Shown: one piece after another, positions 11,535-24,900 of the stretch
How positions within the stretch are numbered: the stretch's first letter is position 1
Layout: each line of letters starts with the position of its first letter
NCBI GenBank assembly: GCA_020891255.1
Contig: BQFW01000011.1
Location: forward strand, 1,674,001 to 1,738,000
DNA: 64,000 nt
DNA from: Entomortierella parvispora E1425
Taxonomy: Eukaryota > Fungi > Mortierellomycota
Direction of reading: 5' to 3'
The notes under the pieces: model-generated
Database searches by the model: none
What the model saw: only the letters and a program-made list of their open reading frames with translations
What the model was told of the DNA's origin: nothing
Program-made: the position numbers and the translations under genes

Positions 11535-11560
11535 CACGTGAATTTATAGGTCACGTGAAT
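11535..11560. promoter_or_regulatory. Paired E-boxes (CACGTGAAT x2)
   Basis: CACGTG at 11535-11540 and 11552-11557, both followed by AAT, ~55 bp upstream of the tRNA. Confidence 0.4.
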
Positions 11561-11613
11561 AGAGAGGTATGGTATTTATACAACTGTTGAACAGTGAAAC
11601 CCGTCAAATCAGA

Positions 11614-11694
11614 GTCAACATGGCCGAGCGGTTAAGGCGTATGACTCGAAATCATATGGGAATTCCCGCGCAGGTTCAAATCCTGCTGTTGACG
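11614..11694 (+). tRNA. tRNA-Ser: tRNA-Ser(CGA), intronless
   Basis: Acceptor stem GTCAACA/TGTTGAC, discriminator G, D-arm GCC-GAGCGGTTAA-GGC, anticodon arm TATGA-CTCGAAA-TCATA, long variable arm GGGAATTCCC, T-arm GCAGG-TTCAAAT-CCTGC, followed by a Pol III T-run. Confidence 0.96.
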
Positions 11695-13725
11695 CATTTT
11701 TATAACTTTTTTTTTTTTTTGTCGTCAAGCTCAAGCTCACCTTCGGTTCCATCTGCACCAACTGCTTGGTACTACAAGTTTCTCCCGTGAAACGTTTCAT
11801 GTTGTCACTTTTGGAGCTGGGACTCTAGAGAGTTTTGATATTACCCCATTACCCTTTTTGCATCACCTTTCGTCTTGCTGGAGACCCGGAACACCTCGGG
11901 TGGGGGCAAACAAAAAGAAGAAGTGAGCTTGACCTTTTGCTTTTGCCCACACGATCAAAAGGAGTCGGCTGTTGGAAAAGAAGGGAGAGAGCAATTGCAA
12001 AAAAAAAAACACAAGCACACCGCACAAAGTTGGCAACAAAAAGCAATTCTATCCACGCGCAACAAAACCCAGGCAGAGGGGTAAGCCTGCAGAGAAGGAC
12101 GAACAGGTACAGGTGGGGTTGTGCTTGTGGCCACAAACTCCCCATTTCCAGGAATTCTATCGGAAGGAATAAAAAGTAGCCAGCCGCATCCAACTTTGGA
12201 CAGGCTGGTCCATCCCAGATCTCAAGATGGCAACATCACAGGGCGGAATTGGGCCAGCGAACTCAGAAATTCTCGTCAACTCTCGGTAAATCAATCGATT
12301 GCTCGCAAACAAAAAATAATTTTTTTCTTGCCAGCCCGCTCACCTCCCCCTTCTTGAGCTTCCATGGAAGCGTGGTGGTGCAAGAGGAGGTCCTAAAAAT
12401 ACCCAGCGCCAGCCGCTTGTCAATGAGACAACGGCCTTAATGGGGAAGTCGATGACCCAGTGCGCAAGTGCACACGCACAACACCCTGGTTCACCAGGTC
12501 TTCGGTCCGTCTCAGGCGCTTCTCTAAAAAAAATCGGATAGAATATCGAGTCTGTTGCTGTCCAAGCACTGTGATTTGACTGAAAACAGCCCTGCCTGCC
12601 ACTCCTCCTGCACTCTAGAATCTCTCGTACAGTATTCTTTTGAACAGCGGAAAGAATGAAATAAGCACTTGTTACAATATTACAAGAACCTCGTTCTACT
12701 CTGAACCCTGGACCAAGTCTATCCCTGGTGTGCGCTAAACTCGTCTGTGTTTACATTACTTTCTCACAAAGCGGCTCCCGGCATCGACAATCGGGGGAAA
12801 CGGTGATTTTTTCAGTCTGGCTTTGGAAAAACATTGGTCATTCTCGTAGTATCCTTTTTTTTTTTTTTTTTTTTTTTTGCTGGCTGAGAGTCAACTCGTC
12901 TCACCCAGAGAGGCGAAAGGTTGTTCCTGGGTGCGCCTGCATCGAATCGACAAATTGGGAGACTGACAAAGGGCGCACACAACGTGTCGACTGCAGCCAC
13001 AGGCAGCTTTGATCCCAGTTTCTGTTTGTGTTTCAACGCACTCACTGTATGTACATGTACTTGCTTCAAGACCAATCGTCACCCAACCACTGCACAAACA
13101 AGGTGTCTCTAGACGGATTTCCTCGTCGCAAGAGTGCCCGACAAGTAGAGGGGTACAACAAAAGAGAGCATCGGTATGGCCCAAAGCTAGAATGAGAGAA
13201 AGGCGGCCGAAGGAAGGAACGATGGATTGACGACAGCGCACGAGGGAAAAGCACTCTTTCTCGATTAGCCTCGAAAGCGTAATTGACCTCGCTCGCCTTG
13301 CCGCGGGCTCTCGCACCCCGACTGGACGGACAGACGGCGGACGAGTTGGTCCATTGTCCATCCCCCCTCTCTTGTCCTCTGCCTTTGATTACCGGGGAAT
13401 CGTCTCTTCTCTTTCCCTCCCTTCTTTTCCTTCTCTTCTTTTTTTTTCTTCCCTTTCTTCTTCTTCTTCTGTTCCCCTGACATTTTCCTCTTTTCGCCCT
13501 TCGACCCTTTCGGACCCCATTAGCCACTGCCCGCTCTCGACTGTGCCCCTCCTTTATCTCTTCTCTTTCTGCATCTGCTCATACTTCTTCACTTTTTTAC
13601 ACTTCTTGACTTTGCACACCTCTTTCTTCCTTCTGCTTCTGCCTTCTTCTCACTCTCTGCATCTCCCCTGTTCAGATATCCCTTCCGCGGCCATCTTTTG
13701 ACAACTGACCTCCTACTCTATACTC

Positions 13726-16548
13726 ATGGCAAGCCAGAGCATCATGGTCCCTCCAAACAACGCCCCTTGGCCCGGTCTACAGGCATCTCCATCTTCACCG
13801 TCCGCTCCCACCTCGTCCACTGCGCCTGGTGCCTCCTCTGCATATTCTTACCACCCATCATATTATCATCACCCACATCACCCCCCTCCACCTCCTCACC
13901 ACCCTACTTCCCACCATCAGTCTTATTACCCGTACCACCCATATCCAGCATCTCCATACCCACCGCCCTATCCTCCAGCACATGGATCTCACGGTCACCC
14001 TCACTCCAGCCACCCATTCACTCCCTCGTCCACCTCCTCTGACTCGTCCCCAACGGCCTCAGGTCGCCATCGCCTTCAAGCCCCCGGTCAAACACATCGT
14101 ACCAGGTCTTCATCTCCCTCAACCAGATCAACCCCTTCATCACCAACAAACACGTCAGGCAACAGTGAAACGCAATCTAGGTTCAATATTGCCTCAAAGA
14201 CATCTAGCGGGTCGATCATCAAGTCCAAAAATGACAAGTCGAAACAGTCCACCGTAAAAACCAAGTCTGGAAAGACAGGCACTTCTGATTCTAGTCGTAA
14301 CCATGGCACTGTTTCGTCCAGTGCAAGTAACGGAAGTACAGCCCCCAAAGTATTCCGGTTTGAAGGAAGTATCTCATCCGAGACCTACAAGACCACAAAA
14401 TCCTTCGACCTAGCTGGCGTCAACATCTTGAATCGAAAGCCACTCGATACCAAGACAGCCCTAGACAAGCTCCAGCGGCGACGAGAAACCCACAACCGAG
14501 TGGAGAGGAAGCGTCGTGATTGCATCAACCAGGTACGTAGCCCATGATATGCAGTGACAATTGGGGTAACTTGCTCGTTTTTTTAATATAGAACATGAAG
14601 GGAAACTAACTATAGTTCTCTATATTTGTGTCTGTAGCTCATTGACGATCTGACGAAACTGCTTCCCGCAAAGCACTTGGAGGAGGCCACCTCAAAATGT
14701 CATCGCGTGAATGTTCTCCGTGGTGCAGTTGCCCATATTACCTATCTGACGGAGGTTAACGGGGCATTGGTCAAGTCCTTGAAAGAAGTCAAGGGCGACG
14801 ACTTTGATGTCAGTAGCTTGACAGTCGGATCCTCAGCGACCAACGCTGAAGCCTCTTCAGAGAAAAAAGAGCCTGAAGCCGAGTCGCGAGACATGTCCAT
14901 GGATGTGGATGCCGATGTGGATATGGAAGAGAGCGAGCCTACCAAAGGGGAGGAGGACGAAGAGGACGAGATCGAAGACGATAACGACAGAGATGACAAG
15001 GCAAACCGTGACCAAGACAAGAAGAGTCAAGCTGCTACCGCCCCCAAAGCACCCTCTTCTTCCTCTCCAACCCCATCTCCCCGGTTGACGCCTTCGCGGG
15101 CTATGGATCTTCCTCCTGTCATCGTCACCGATGCGCCAAGCCCATCGTCAGACCGCAGCTCGAACCAGTCCCAGTCCAAGATGCCTCCCCCACCCATCTC
15201 AGTCATCCCCTCCGAGTCCTTCACCACCCCTCAATCTGCTGCCGTTAGCCCCGCGAGCTCTTATAGCAAGTCGCCATTGTTCCCACCCTCGCCCTCGTCG
15301 CCATACCTGAGCCAGCGTTCCCCGTCCGCTTCACCTGCTTTGCCACCGATCTCGTCGCTTGCCAATTTGCACCTGCAGTCCCCTCCTGCACGGTCAGAAA
15401 CGAGCTCAAGCGATAGACGTCGCCATCCAGAGGAACATCGGTATCAGTCTTACCACCACCACCATAGTGAACACCTGTCTCCTTCCTCAAGACCAACTCT
15501 ACCCGAGTCAGTGAACGCAAAGACCAATGGTCACCGTTCTGGTCCAACGCTGCCTCCATTGAAGATCCCGGCTCCTCATCATCTTCACCCGTCCTACAGC
15601 AGTGAACGCCACAATGGCCAGCCTTCCACTTCTCCCAGACACCACGAGCGGTCCTCCGAGACCGACGGCGAGCAACAGCCTCCTCTCTCACCCTTCATGC
15701 TCTCGCCTATGTTGTCCCGTTCTCCTTCGATGGGCCCTCTGTCTGCTTCCTCAGCGGGCAATTCGCCCTACCCTCATTGGGGACACGAGGAGACTTCTCC
15801 TGGCCTGCCTCCAACACATCATGGCCACTACATGCCAGCTGGGGCTCCACCACCCCACTCGCCGCATGCTTATCCTGGGTACGCTCCCTATCCATACCCC
15901 TACCATCCTTCGTATGGATACCCACCCCATCCTCATGCACCCCCTCCTCCCCATCATCACCATGGCCACCATCCTAGCCATGCTGATACTGCTGCGCCTA
16001 GACACTCCACCTCCACGGCCGTTCCACAGCCTTCCAGGTCCCTGCAACCCGAGCCAATCTTTATTCAAGAGGAGCCTTGGGTTGTCCAGCGAAAACGTAG
16101 TACCTCGAACGTCTCGTCCAAGAACGCTCCCCCTTCTCCTGCCACTGCAGGGAAGACTTCGTCTTCAAAGAAGGGAGATGAAGAGTCCATGGAAGACATC
16201 GCCAGAGATGGAAGTGCGCCGTTGTCGCCTTCGTCTTCAGTCACCTCGAACGTCTCCTCTTCGTTTCAGGCGACCAGCCCGAATCATAGAAAGCGGTCTT
16301 CCCCCCACAAGACCAGCTACGATGAAAGAGAAGAAGGCGTCTCGTCCGAGGTCAGCGACGCTAAACGCGTCAAGCAGCAAGAATTGCTGGGTGGAGATCT
16401 GGAGGAGCACCAGCAGACAAGGAAGGGGCAGCGCGATAGCGGTATCGTCGTGGTCGTGGTCGATGCTGAGAATGAGGCCTCTAACAAGGACAGGGACCAA
16501 GAGATGGTCGTTCGACCAGAAGTGGCCGAGGTGGACCGCAGCGAGTAA
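13726..16548 (+). CDS. bHLH transcription factor with long P/S/H-rich disordered regions
   Basis: Exons 13726-14532 and 14638-16548 give RRETHNRVERKRRDCINQ|LIDDLTKLLP..KCHRVNVLRGAVAHITYL. The H-E-R basic-region signature is typical of CACGTG-binding bHLH proteins. Confidence 0.9.
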
Positions 16549-16805
16549 AGACGCGGCCAGAGAAAGGAAAAAATCTATTCCTGTGTCCATCGACGCGTCA
16601 ATATTACCCATATCTTTTATTCACTTACTCACCCCCACTCCCCCAGTTGTACAACAGTCTAAAATAAACCAATTTCACTCAAAGGGATTCGTCAACGATG
16701 AAATAGAAAAGACTTTTATGAACGAAGCTAAACTAATAAGAAGGAGACGCCACATGGGCTAGATATGCTAAAAATGAAGTGTGGTACATGTGTGGTGTTC
16801 TCGGT

Positions 16806-17415
16806 TTACATCAAAAGCAAAGCCATAAAGACTACAGACAGAGCCAAGCGTGCGCCGACACCTCCCTTATCCTTCGAGGTTGTAGAGGAGGCACCGTTAG
16901 GCTTTCCTGTGGGCTGCAATTGAAAGGTGCCTCGAGTGGTAGTGCTGGGCGCAGAGGCCGAGGATGCTGCTGGTGTTTCGGAAGTGATAGGTGCTGTGGT
17001 GGGAAGGACAGAGACGGAGGGGGCAACAGAGGTGATGGGTGCGATCGAGGTGACAGCAGAGCTGGGTTCGAGGGTAGCCGAGGGCACAGCTGTTGAAGGA
17101 ACAGCTGTGGGACTCACGACTCCTCCTCCACAAAGTCCAAAACCAGCTTGGCAGCCTGTCCCACAGTATTGAGTATCAGCGCCACAGTATCCCTGCAATT
17201 TCAAAAAAAAAAAGTAGAAGGGTGAGTGATTATTTCTCTCGGTGATTTTGAAGGGGAGGGGACAGGCGCAAGATGTCAGCAAGTCTTACGTTAGAAGAAC
17301 AGCAGTCGCTTCCAGTGCAAGAACCAACTCCAGGGCCACATTGGGCCTGGGCAGAGACGAATGAGAGGAGGGCGATGCAGCAGAGGAGCATCGCGACTAC
17401 TGAGGATCGAAGCAT
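16806..17415 (-). CDS. Small secreted, probably GPI-anchored hevein/CBM18 chitin-binding protein
   Basis: Signal peptide MLRSSVVAMLLCCIALLSFVSA. Intron 17289-17193 joins an 8-Cys module QCGPGVGSCTGSDCCSSN|GYCGADTQYCGTGCQAGFGLC, then an S/T/P stalk and a hydrophobic C-terminus (RLALSVVFMALLLM). Confidence 0.85.
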
Positions 17416-18936
17416 TGTGTGATGTGTGTTTGGCTGTGTTTTGAGTGGGGGATGATTGTCTGTGTAGAGTTGAGTAGAGTGAGTATTGAGGCGAAGGATG
17501 GATGAATGATAGGATGATAGAATGGATTGGATGTGATGGATGTAGAGAAAAGAATGAAAACCAAAACCTCATGAGCGTGTGCCCCTGTCCATTGCCAGGG
17601 ACCTTGCGTATTTTTAGCGCCCTTCGGAAATAGACCCTGTGCACGACAGTGGCTGTGGCTGTGGCACAGTTTTGACGGTCACGATGCGGGGGAACGACGC
17701 GCTTTGTCCTGGGCTGACGGATCGGCTTTCGAGTTCTTCGTCGTGGGACAACAGCGGTGCGCACAACCCTCCCGGTTCTGCATGCAACCCTTCATCTAGC
17801 CTCCTCTTGCGTTTCCCGGGTTGGCCCTCGGCAATCGTGATGGCGTCTAGAGGCTGCGTTTGCACCTCCTCATTCCCATTCCCGGTTCCCCTCCCTTTCC
17901 CTTCTCCTACTTCCTACTCCTGTTGCATTAGCCCAGACACCACTCACCGCAGTCTCCTTTGCCCTTAACATTGTTCGCACTTTGCCCTTGATCTTCCCTT
18001 TTTTTCCTTCCCTTTCCGCCTACCCACACATATCTTTTCTTGTTACCCCCTTGTGAAATTTGCACTTCCTTTCTACGGGCTGTCTCCTGCTCAACGAAAA
18101 AAAAGGATCAAAAGGCGACGTGTTCCTTGTGGCCGTCGAATGATCGGAGGGATTTCAAGCGATCTCCAACCTTTCGTCCAATCTCTGTCTTTCCCCTCTT
18201 CCCGCTTCCTCATTTGCTTCCACTTCTTGCACTACCTGTTTGTTGTTCTTTTCGATGTACGTCTGCATATGCAGATCCGCGATGGTAGGGTTTAAGGGAG
18301 AATATACATGACAGTAGAGTTAAGAGTTATCGAAGGATGGCCCCTTCCCTCACTCAACTTTCCATACAGCTTGTCCATTCTTCGACAAACACTCTCTCCT
18401 TCGTATCACTCAACTCAACGTTTTTTTGCCACCCTATTTTTTTTTTTTGCTTTGCACGGTTACTTGTAAATCTCATTTTTTGTTTCTGTTTTCATTCCAA
18501 CCCCCCACAGCCCTCACACCCACCACAACCACACCCACCTCTCAATCAGCCTTGATACACCTGGCTGAATCATTCTCAGTACCCAGGTAACTACTGCAAA
18601 CCCTGCCCATTGTACATCGCGGAGTATCGCACCAAAAAGCCCGGGTAGCCAATACGACACGTGGGATGACGGCAACTCACCCTTCTTTATACACCAATTG
18701 AAGGAGAAGGAGAACACCACGCTACTCGAAGGAAGCTCATTTGCCTGTCATAACGTCCTTGTGCAGACTAAAGTCCATAAACAAAAAGAGTTTCACTTTT
18801 ACAAGGGATGCCCAGTGGCCACGATGTCCCCACCCCGATGTCTGCAGACTCTGCCCTCTTTTAATCATGTGTTTTTTATCATAACTTTTCCGTGACAGAA
18901 ATCCCAGCATCCTGGAAGCCCAACTGGAACGCAGCC

Positions 18937-21495
18937 ATGTCCAAGATGTACATCTCTTCCTTGAAAGCTTCCTTCATCGTCCTTCTCTTTTCCATATCAA
19001 CATTGTTAATACTACAGCCAGTGGATTCGGCACACAAAGGGCATGGTGGAGGAGGCGATAAATCAGATTCAAAAGTGGATGAGCCCTCAGGAACGTTTTA
19101 CGACGTGGCGGTCTACAACGATGACTACCCGACCAATAAGACAATGAACGCGACTGAACTTGCCCAGCTGCCTCCATTTACAAAGACATGGCCACCTGTT
19201 TCGGATGACGACGACGATGGTCCTGATGAGACTTCCTTCCCTAATCCAGAATACGTGAGGTAAATACACAAGGAGCAAGATGCCCTACGCTACACTGAGG
19301 AATAGAGGAGACTTACTTTCTTCTTCTCTATACCTGTGTATAGGTTGCTGGAGTCGTCGTTTTTATTCTTTGAAGCCCAGAGATCAGGCAAGCTCCCTGC
19401 AGATCAGCGCGTTACGTGGGTAAACACACCAATGGACATACCCGCCTTTCAACCCTGCATTGAATAACTGCGATAGACGCGTCGTCTCTTAACATCTATT
19501 TCATCTTCCACAATTACAACAGCGAAATGACTCTGCCTTACTTGATGGAAAGGATTCCGGACAGGATTTGACAGGTGTACGTTGTTCACATCAAAAACGG
19601 TTCATGACGGACATCTCTGCACAGGGCTAACCTTTTTTTTTTCTTTTCTGCTGATGGCAACAATAGGGATACTACGATGCCGGTGACTATCTCAAATTCA
19701 CATACCCAATGACTTTTTCCCTGACCGAGATCTGTTACGGAGCAGTTGAGTTTTTCGAAGGCTACACACTCGCCAACCAAGTCCACTATCTCGATCAGAT
19801 GGTCCGGTGGGGGATGGACTGGCTCATCAAAGCAAATCCCAACAACAACACCCTCTACGTTCAAGTCGGCATCAGCGAGATTGACAACAACTATTGGGGA
19901 CCTGACACTGGCATCCCCTTACCCCGACCTTCCTTCTTTGTCAGTCGGACAAAGCCCGGAACGGACGTCTTCGCAGATGCGGCGGCAGCCTTTGCGTCTT
20001 GCTCTTTGCTTTATCGCGACAAAATCCAAGATGCGACCTATGCCGCTCTGCTACAAAGTCGTGCAAAGGATCTATTCGATTTAGCAGAAACAGCCACTCC
20101 TCGACAGACTTACCAAGTCGTCGTACCTGCCGTCAGCTGTTGTTACGCCTCCACCGGATATTTGGATGAACTTGCCTGGGCGTCCGCGTGGATGTATCGT
20201 TTAACCAACGACGAATCGTTTGCAGAACGTGCCGACAAATATTCAGATCAGATGGCCACAAAGTCGGCGTCGACGGTCATCAGTTGGGATGATAAGGCAG
20301 CACTAGTCTATGTCATGATGGCAGGTCTAACAAAAGGTAACGCAGCGACGCATCCGAAATGGCAGGCCTTGGCTGAAAAGGTTGTCAATCAGACCGTGTT
20401 GGGGGTCAAGCCCTGCAGCTTCACACCGGGCGGGATGTATTACTGCTATGGTGCCTCAGGCGATGACTCTTCTGCGGTGGTAGCCAACGCTGCCTTTGCT
20501 GCCAATCTCTTGGCCAAGTCCATGAGCGAGCCAGTGGATGGTGCTGAGGTGGATAGCGCCACACAAGAAAAGATCAATGTATACCGAGCATTCGCGCTGA
20601 AGCAGGTCCGGTACCTGCTGGGAGACAACCCTGAGAAGACACCCTATGTTGTGGGAGTGCACCCAAACTCGCCCGTCAATCCTCATTCTGCCCTGGCTGC
20701 TGGAGGTAACAGCTCAGACACCATTGATACCAACCCGGTTAAAGAGGCCCATGTTCTACTGGGAGCTCTGGTCGGTGGACCAGACAGGAATGATCGTTTC
20801 ACAGATCAGCGGAGTAATTGGCGCCAAAACGAGGTACCCTATTCTTGTTGTCTCCCTTAGTCCCCACTGACAATCTTCATGAAGGAAGTACTGATCAAAG
20901 GTCGTCGTTTTATATTCTACTCCAGGTCGCACTGGACTACAACGCGCCGTTCACGGGTCTGATGGCTTACCAGGTCATGACCTCTCAAGGGCCTCCACCT
21001 TATATTATGATCCCACCTGGTGGTCGTTCAGGTGGCAAGGTTGCTGGCAAGCTCGCTGGAGGCATGGCGGTATGGCAACTCGTTCTGATCCTCCTGGGTG
21101 TTCTTTCAGCAGTGGCTACGCTCTGTATCTTTATTTACAGGCGAAAGGGAGATCAGATTCATGCCTGGATGGCTCTTCGGCAAGAGAAACTGCGCCTCAA
21201 GAAATCTGCCTCGATTTTGCACAGTTTACCAGGAAGTGAAAGTTCCATGGCAGTGAGTGTTAGCCTCACAGGCGCGGCTGGTGCTGCAGCTGCTTTATCT
21301 ACTATAGATCTCGAAAAAGGGGTGGAGATTCAGCGGGCTCCAGTGCAGCAACAGCACCCGAGAGTGTCTACGGAACTGGCAGGTCACTCGACTCTGTCTC
21401 TGACGGGATCGGAGGCGAGGACACCAATAACATGTGGCCCAATGAGCTCGAACGATGCTCTGTTGGGAGGAGGTGATCTGTCATCCATGAAGTAA
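18937..21495 (+). CDS. Glycoside hydrolase family 9 (endoglucanase-type) with signal peptide and C-terminal transmembrane anchor
   Basis: Spliced exons give LLESSFLFFEAQRSGKLPADQRVTW|RNDSAL..DLTG|GYYDAGDYLKF, WGMDWLIKA, DELAWASAWMY and LLGALVGGPD...FTDQRSNWRQNE|VALDYNA. The DAGD aspartates and catalytic Glu are present. TM VWQLVLILLGVLSAVATLCIFIY is followed by RRK. Confidence 0.92.
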
Positions 21496-21836
21496 TCGTT
21501 GTAATCCACTCTACTCTTATATCATCAAGTTTTCCGTGTACCATTGTAGTCTAGTAGCAAACATTCATAGCAGCGTAGTAGCGTTAATAGAATCAACAGC
21601 ATGTTATCGTCCGTGTCTTGCAAGAGAGGTCATCCTTTTCCATGTATCTTCGGAAGGACCCTGGACCCTGCTGGACACCAAAAAAAAAAAAAAAAAAAAA
21701 AATTAAACCACAAAGAGAACGCGGCGTGTGTAATCAAGGTTGACTCCTGAGAGCAATGCTCAAAGTCATCTTGTATTCACAGGCTGCGGTGTGGGACACG
21801 GCCGTAGTTGCTTGTACTCCCTTCGCCTCCAAAGCG

Positions 21837-21844
21837 CTATAAAA
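21837..21844 (+). promoter_or_regulatory. TATA box upstream of the ABCC gene
   Basis: TATAAAAA ~110 bp upstream of the ATG at 21950, followed by a pyrimidine-rich leader. Confidence 0.5.
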
Positions 21845-21949
21845 AGCAGGTCTGCACCCATCAAAACAAAAAGCCAACCTCTCCCTCCGCTCTTTCCCCC
21901 CTTCGAGCTAAAAGTACCTTTCCCCCTTGGATTCAACTTTTTGTCCAAG

Positions 21950-24900
21950 ATGGGTCGAAGGACTGTGAACCAGAAGCATCGTGCCAGCGAGGAAGAACGC
22001 ATCCTTGGTGAAAGTAATGGGAATGGCTACGGAAGTACCCAGAGTATCGCGAACAACAACCAGGAGAGCAGACACTCGCCCATTTCGGATCAGCAAAACG
22101 GGCCTGTTTCGCCAGAGACCCATGCGAACGTTTTCAATCGATGGACGATCTGGTGGGCCAATGGTCTTTTCAGGGTCGGTTTCAATCGCCAGATTCAAGA
22201 AGACGACCTCTATCAAATCTTGGACCGCCGTCGGGCGAAAGTGCTCGGTCAATTGCTAGCGGATCGCTGGGAAATGGAAAAGACCCGGGCTCGGGCAAAA
22301 AATCGAACGCCTTCGCTCCTCAGAGCGCTGATCATGGCCTTTTGGACTCGATACTTTCCAGGGTACATCTGTTTGGAGATCGGAGGTAAGGGAGGGTCGT
22401 ACAATGAGGAAGGAGCAATGTCTTTTGAGTGGAAACAACTGACACTTAGTCGTCTCCAACGCGCTTGATCTTCCGATTGTATAATAGACGTTTGTCAAAT
22501 CGCTGCTCCCTGGATCTTCCATTCCATTCTTGTGTTTGTTGAACAATCGCAGGATGCAGCGACGACTCCACCTTCAGCAGCCCAAGGATTCGGGCTCGCT
22601 CTTGCCTGGTTTGCGCTGTCCCAAGTTCAAAATCTTGTCTACCAACGTTGGAACATGGGTTCGCTCAAGACAGGACTCTACGTGAGAACTGCACTCATTG
22701 ACCTTGTTTACCAAAAAGCCACCACCCTTTCGGCAAGATCTCACCTGCTCTACCCTGACGGATCGATCGTCAACCTCATGTCGACAGACATTAGTCGAGT
22801 GGACAGTGCCGCGAACCCCTTTTTGATTGCGATTTGTACGCCAATCTATGTCGCTGTGGTCGTGTGTCTCTTAATGAATCTGATGGGGCCTTCCGCACTC
22901 TTGGGTGCCGCTATCTTGATGCTCTCGAGCCCTGTTCAAGGGTGGGGTATGACTACACTGGGGCCTGTCAGGAAATTAGCTTCGCAAATGACAGATCAAC
23001 GGATTCGTCTCTCTACTGAGATCTTGCAGGGGATCAAGGTCATCAAGCTTTTTGCATGGGAGAATAGTTTTTTGGCCAAGCTGGCGGCGATCCGGTCCAA
23101 GGAGCTATCCCATGTCCGCCGGATTCTGCGCAATAGGGGATTTATCATCGCTACATCATCCGTAAGTTTATTGAAGAAGCTATACTACCCATTCGTATGC
23201 CTGATTCTCAGCAACCTGATCCCCATGTTTTTTTATCAGACTCTTCCGATCCTAGCCTCGGCCCTGTCTCTTGTCCTTTATTCTGCTCTTGGAAACGAGC
23301 TCAAACCAGAGATCGTTTTCCCAGCTCTGGCTTACTACGGTATCATGAGGGTTCCTATGCTGATCATGCCCAACTGCATCAATATGGCCGTGGACGCCTA
23401 TGTGGCACTTGGTCGAATCCAAGAGTTCTTGTTGGCCGAAGACTCGGAGGTCAAACATGAAATCAACAGCTCTTTGAAGGAAGCGATTGTCATGAATCAC
23501 GCCGATTTCATCTGGGAAACTCTTTCTTCATCAAATGAACGTGCCGAGATCTCGACCGGTAGTGAGTCACGCCCCTTCTTGCCTTGTCTTCAGAATATTC
23601 ACCTGCGGATTCCACGGGGAAGTCTAGTAGCCGTCGTGGGATCTGTCGGGTCCGGGAAATCGTCCCTCTTGCAAGCCATGGTCGGAAACATGACCAAAAG
23701 CGCTGGGCAGGTCTTGCAAGGGACGACCATCAGCTACGCGTCTCAGACCCCTTGGATTCAAAACGCCAGCATCCGCGATAATATTTTATTTGATACACCT
23801 TTCGACGAGGATCGATACTGGCGAGTAGTCAGGGCCTGTTGCCTGGACCAGGACTTGAAGTCGTTTCCCTCCGGAGATCTCACTGAAATCGGAGAGCGAG
23901 GTGTAAACCTTTCAGGAGGCCAAAAAGCTAGACTTTCACTGGCGAGAAGTGTTTACTTTGACGCAGGAATGGTGATTATGGACGACCCCTTATCAGCAGT
24001 GGATGCTCATGTGGGAGCGAGACTCTGGAAAGAGTGTGTGCTGAAGGAACTCAAGGCGAAAACTAGAGTCATTGCCACGCACCAATTGCATGTTTTGCCC
24101 TCCGTGGACTATATTATTTTCATGAAGGAAGGATCAATTGCCGAAGAAGGAACCTATCAGGAACTCTTGGCAAAAGGAGGCACCTTCTCAGAGTTGATGG
24201 GACAATATGGCGGCGTGGAAGAGAGCTCGAGATTGAGCAGCGGTAGCGCGACCCCCGTATCTTCAACTGACAGAGATATTTCCAAAGACATCGAGTTTTA
24301 CTCTGAAGCCGCGACTGAGACTGAGCAGGATGAGATTTGTAACGTTGACAGCACATCTGCAGGGAAGACAGAAACCACGACCGCTGGATTAAAACTGGTG
24401 ATCGAAGAGGAACGCGAGATCGGCGCAGTGGGTTCACAGGTCTATATCCAGTACTTCAGCATGGCGGGAGCCGGTATCTGGTCAGCAGTCCTGTTTTGTT
24501 ACATCCTTCAGCAAGTCTGCGGTATCCTGTACGTTGTGCTCACTTTCTCTTGTGAATCATAGTCGTTTGAATTCAGCGAAGCATTCTCTCAATTATTAAG
24601 TACTCCCCCTTTCATTTTTAGGATGAATTACTGGCTTAGTCTCTGGAGCGACCAATCCTTGCCCACAACCAACAATGTCAATGTGAGTAGATTGTACGCT
24701 GTTCATCATTTCGCCTCTTTGCACTGGTGGAAAAATCATTAATTGGACTTGTATCCTCTCCTTTACAGATGCTGGTTTACGGTGGGTTTGGGTTCGCTCA
24801 GTGTATCCTTTTTGCAATTGCTACGCAGCTGCTGGCAGAAGCCATTATCAGAACGACCACCGCCATGCACAGCGCCGCATTCTATCACGTCCTGCGCGCG

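Noticed and set aside
11614-11694. Possible tRNA-Sec or suppressor tRNA because of the long variable arm
   Set aside because: The anticodon is CGA with a standard 7-bp acceptor stem, so this is an ordinary tRNA-Ser. I saw no in-frame TGA candidate gene.
12849-12858. Perfect U12-type donor GTATCCTTTT upstream of the bHLH gene
   Set aside because: It abuts a long poly-T run, I found no matching U12 branch site or exon, and the same 10-mer occurs by chance inside an ABC exon (~24797).
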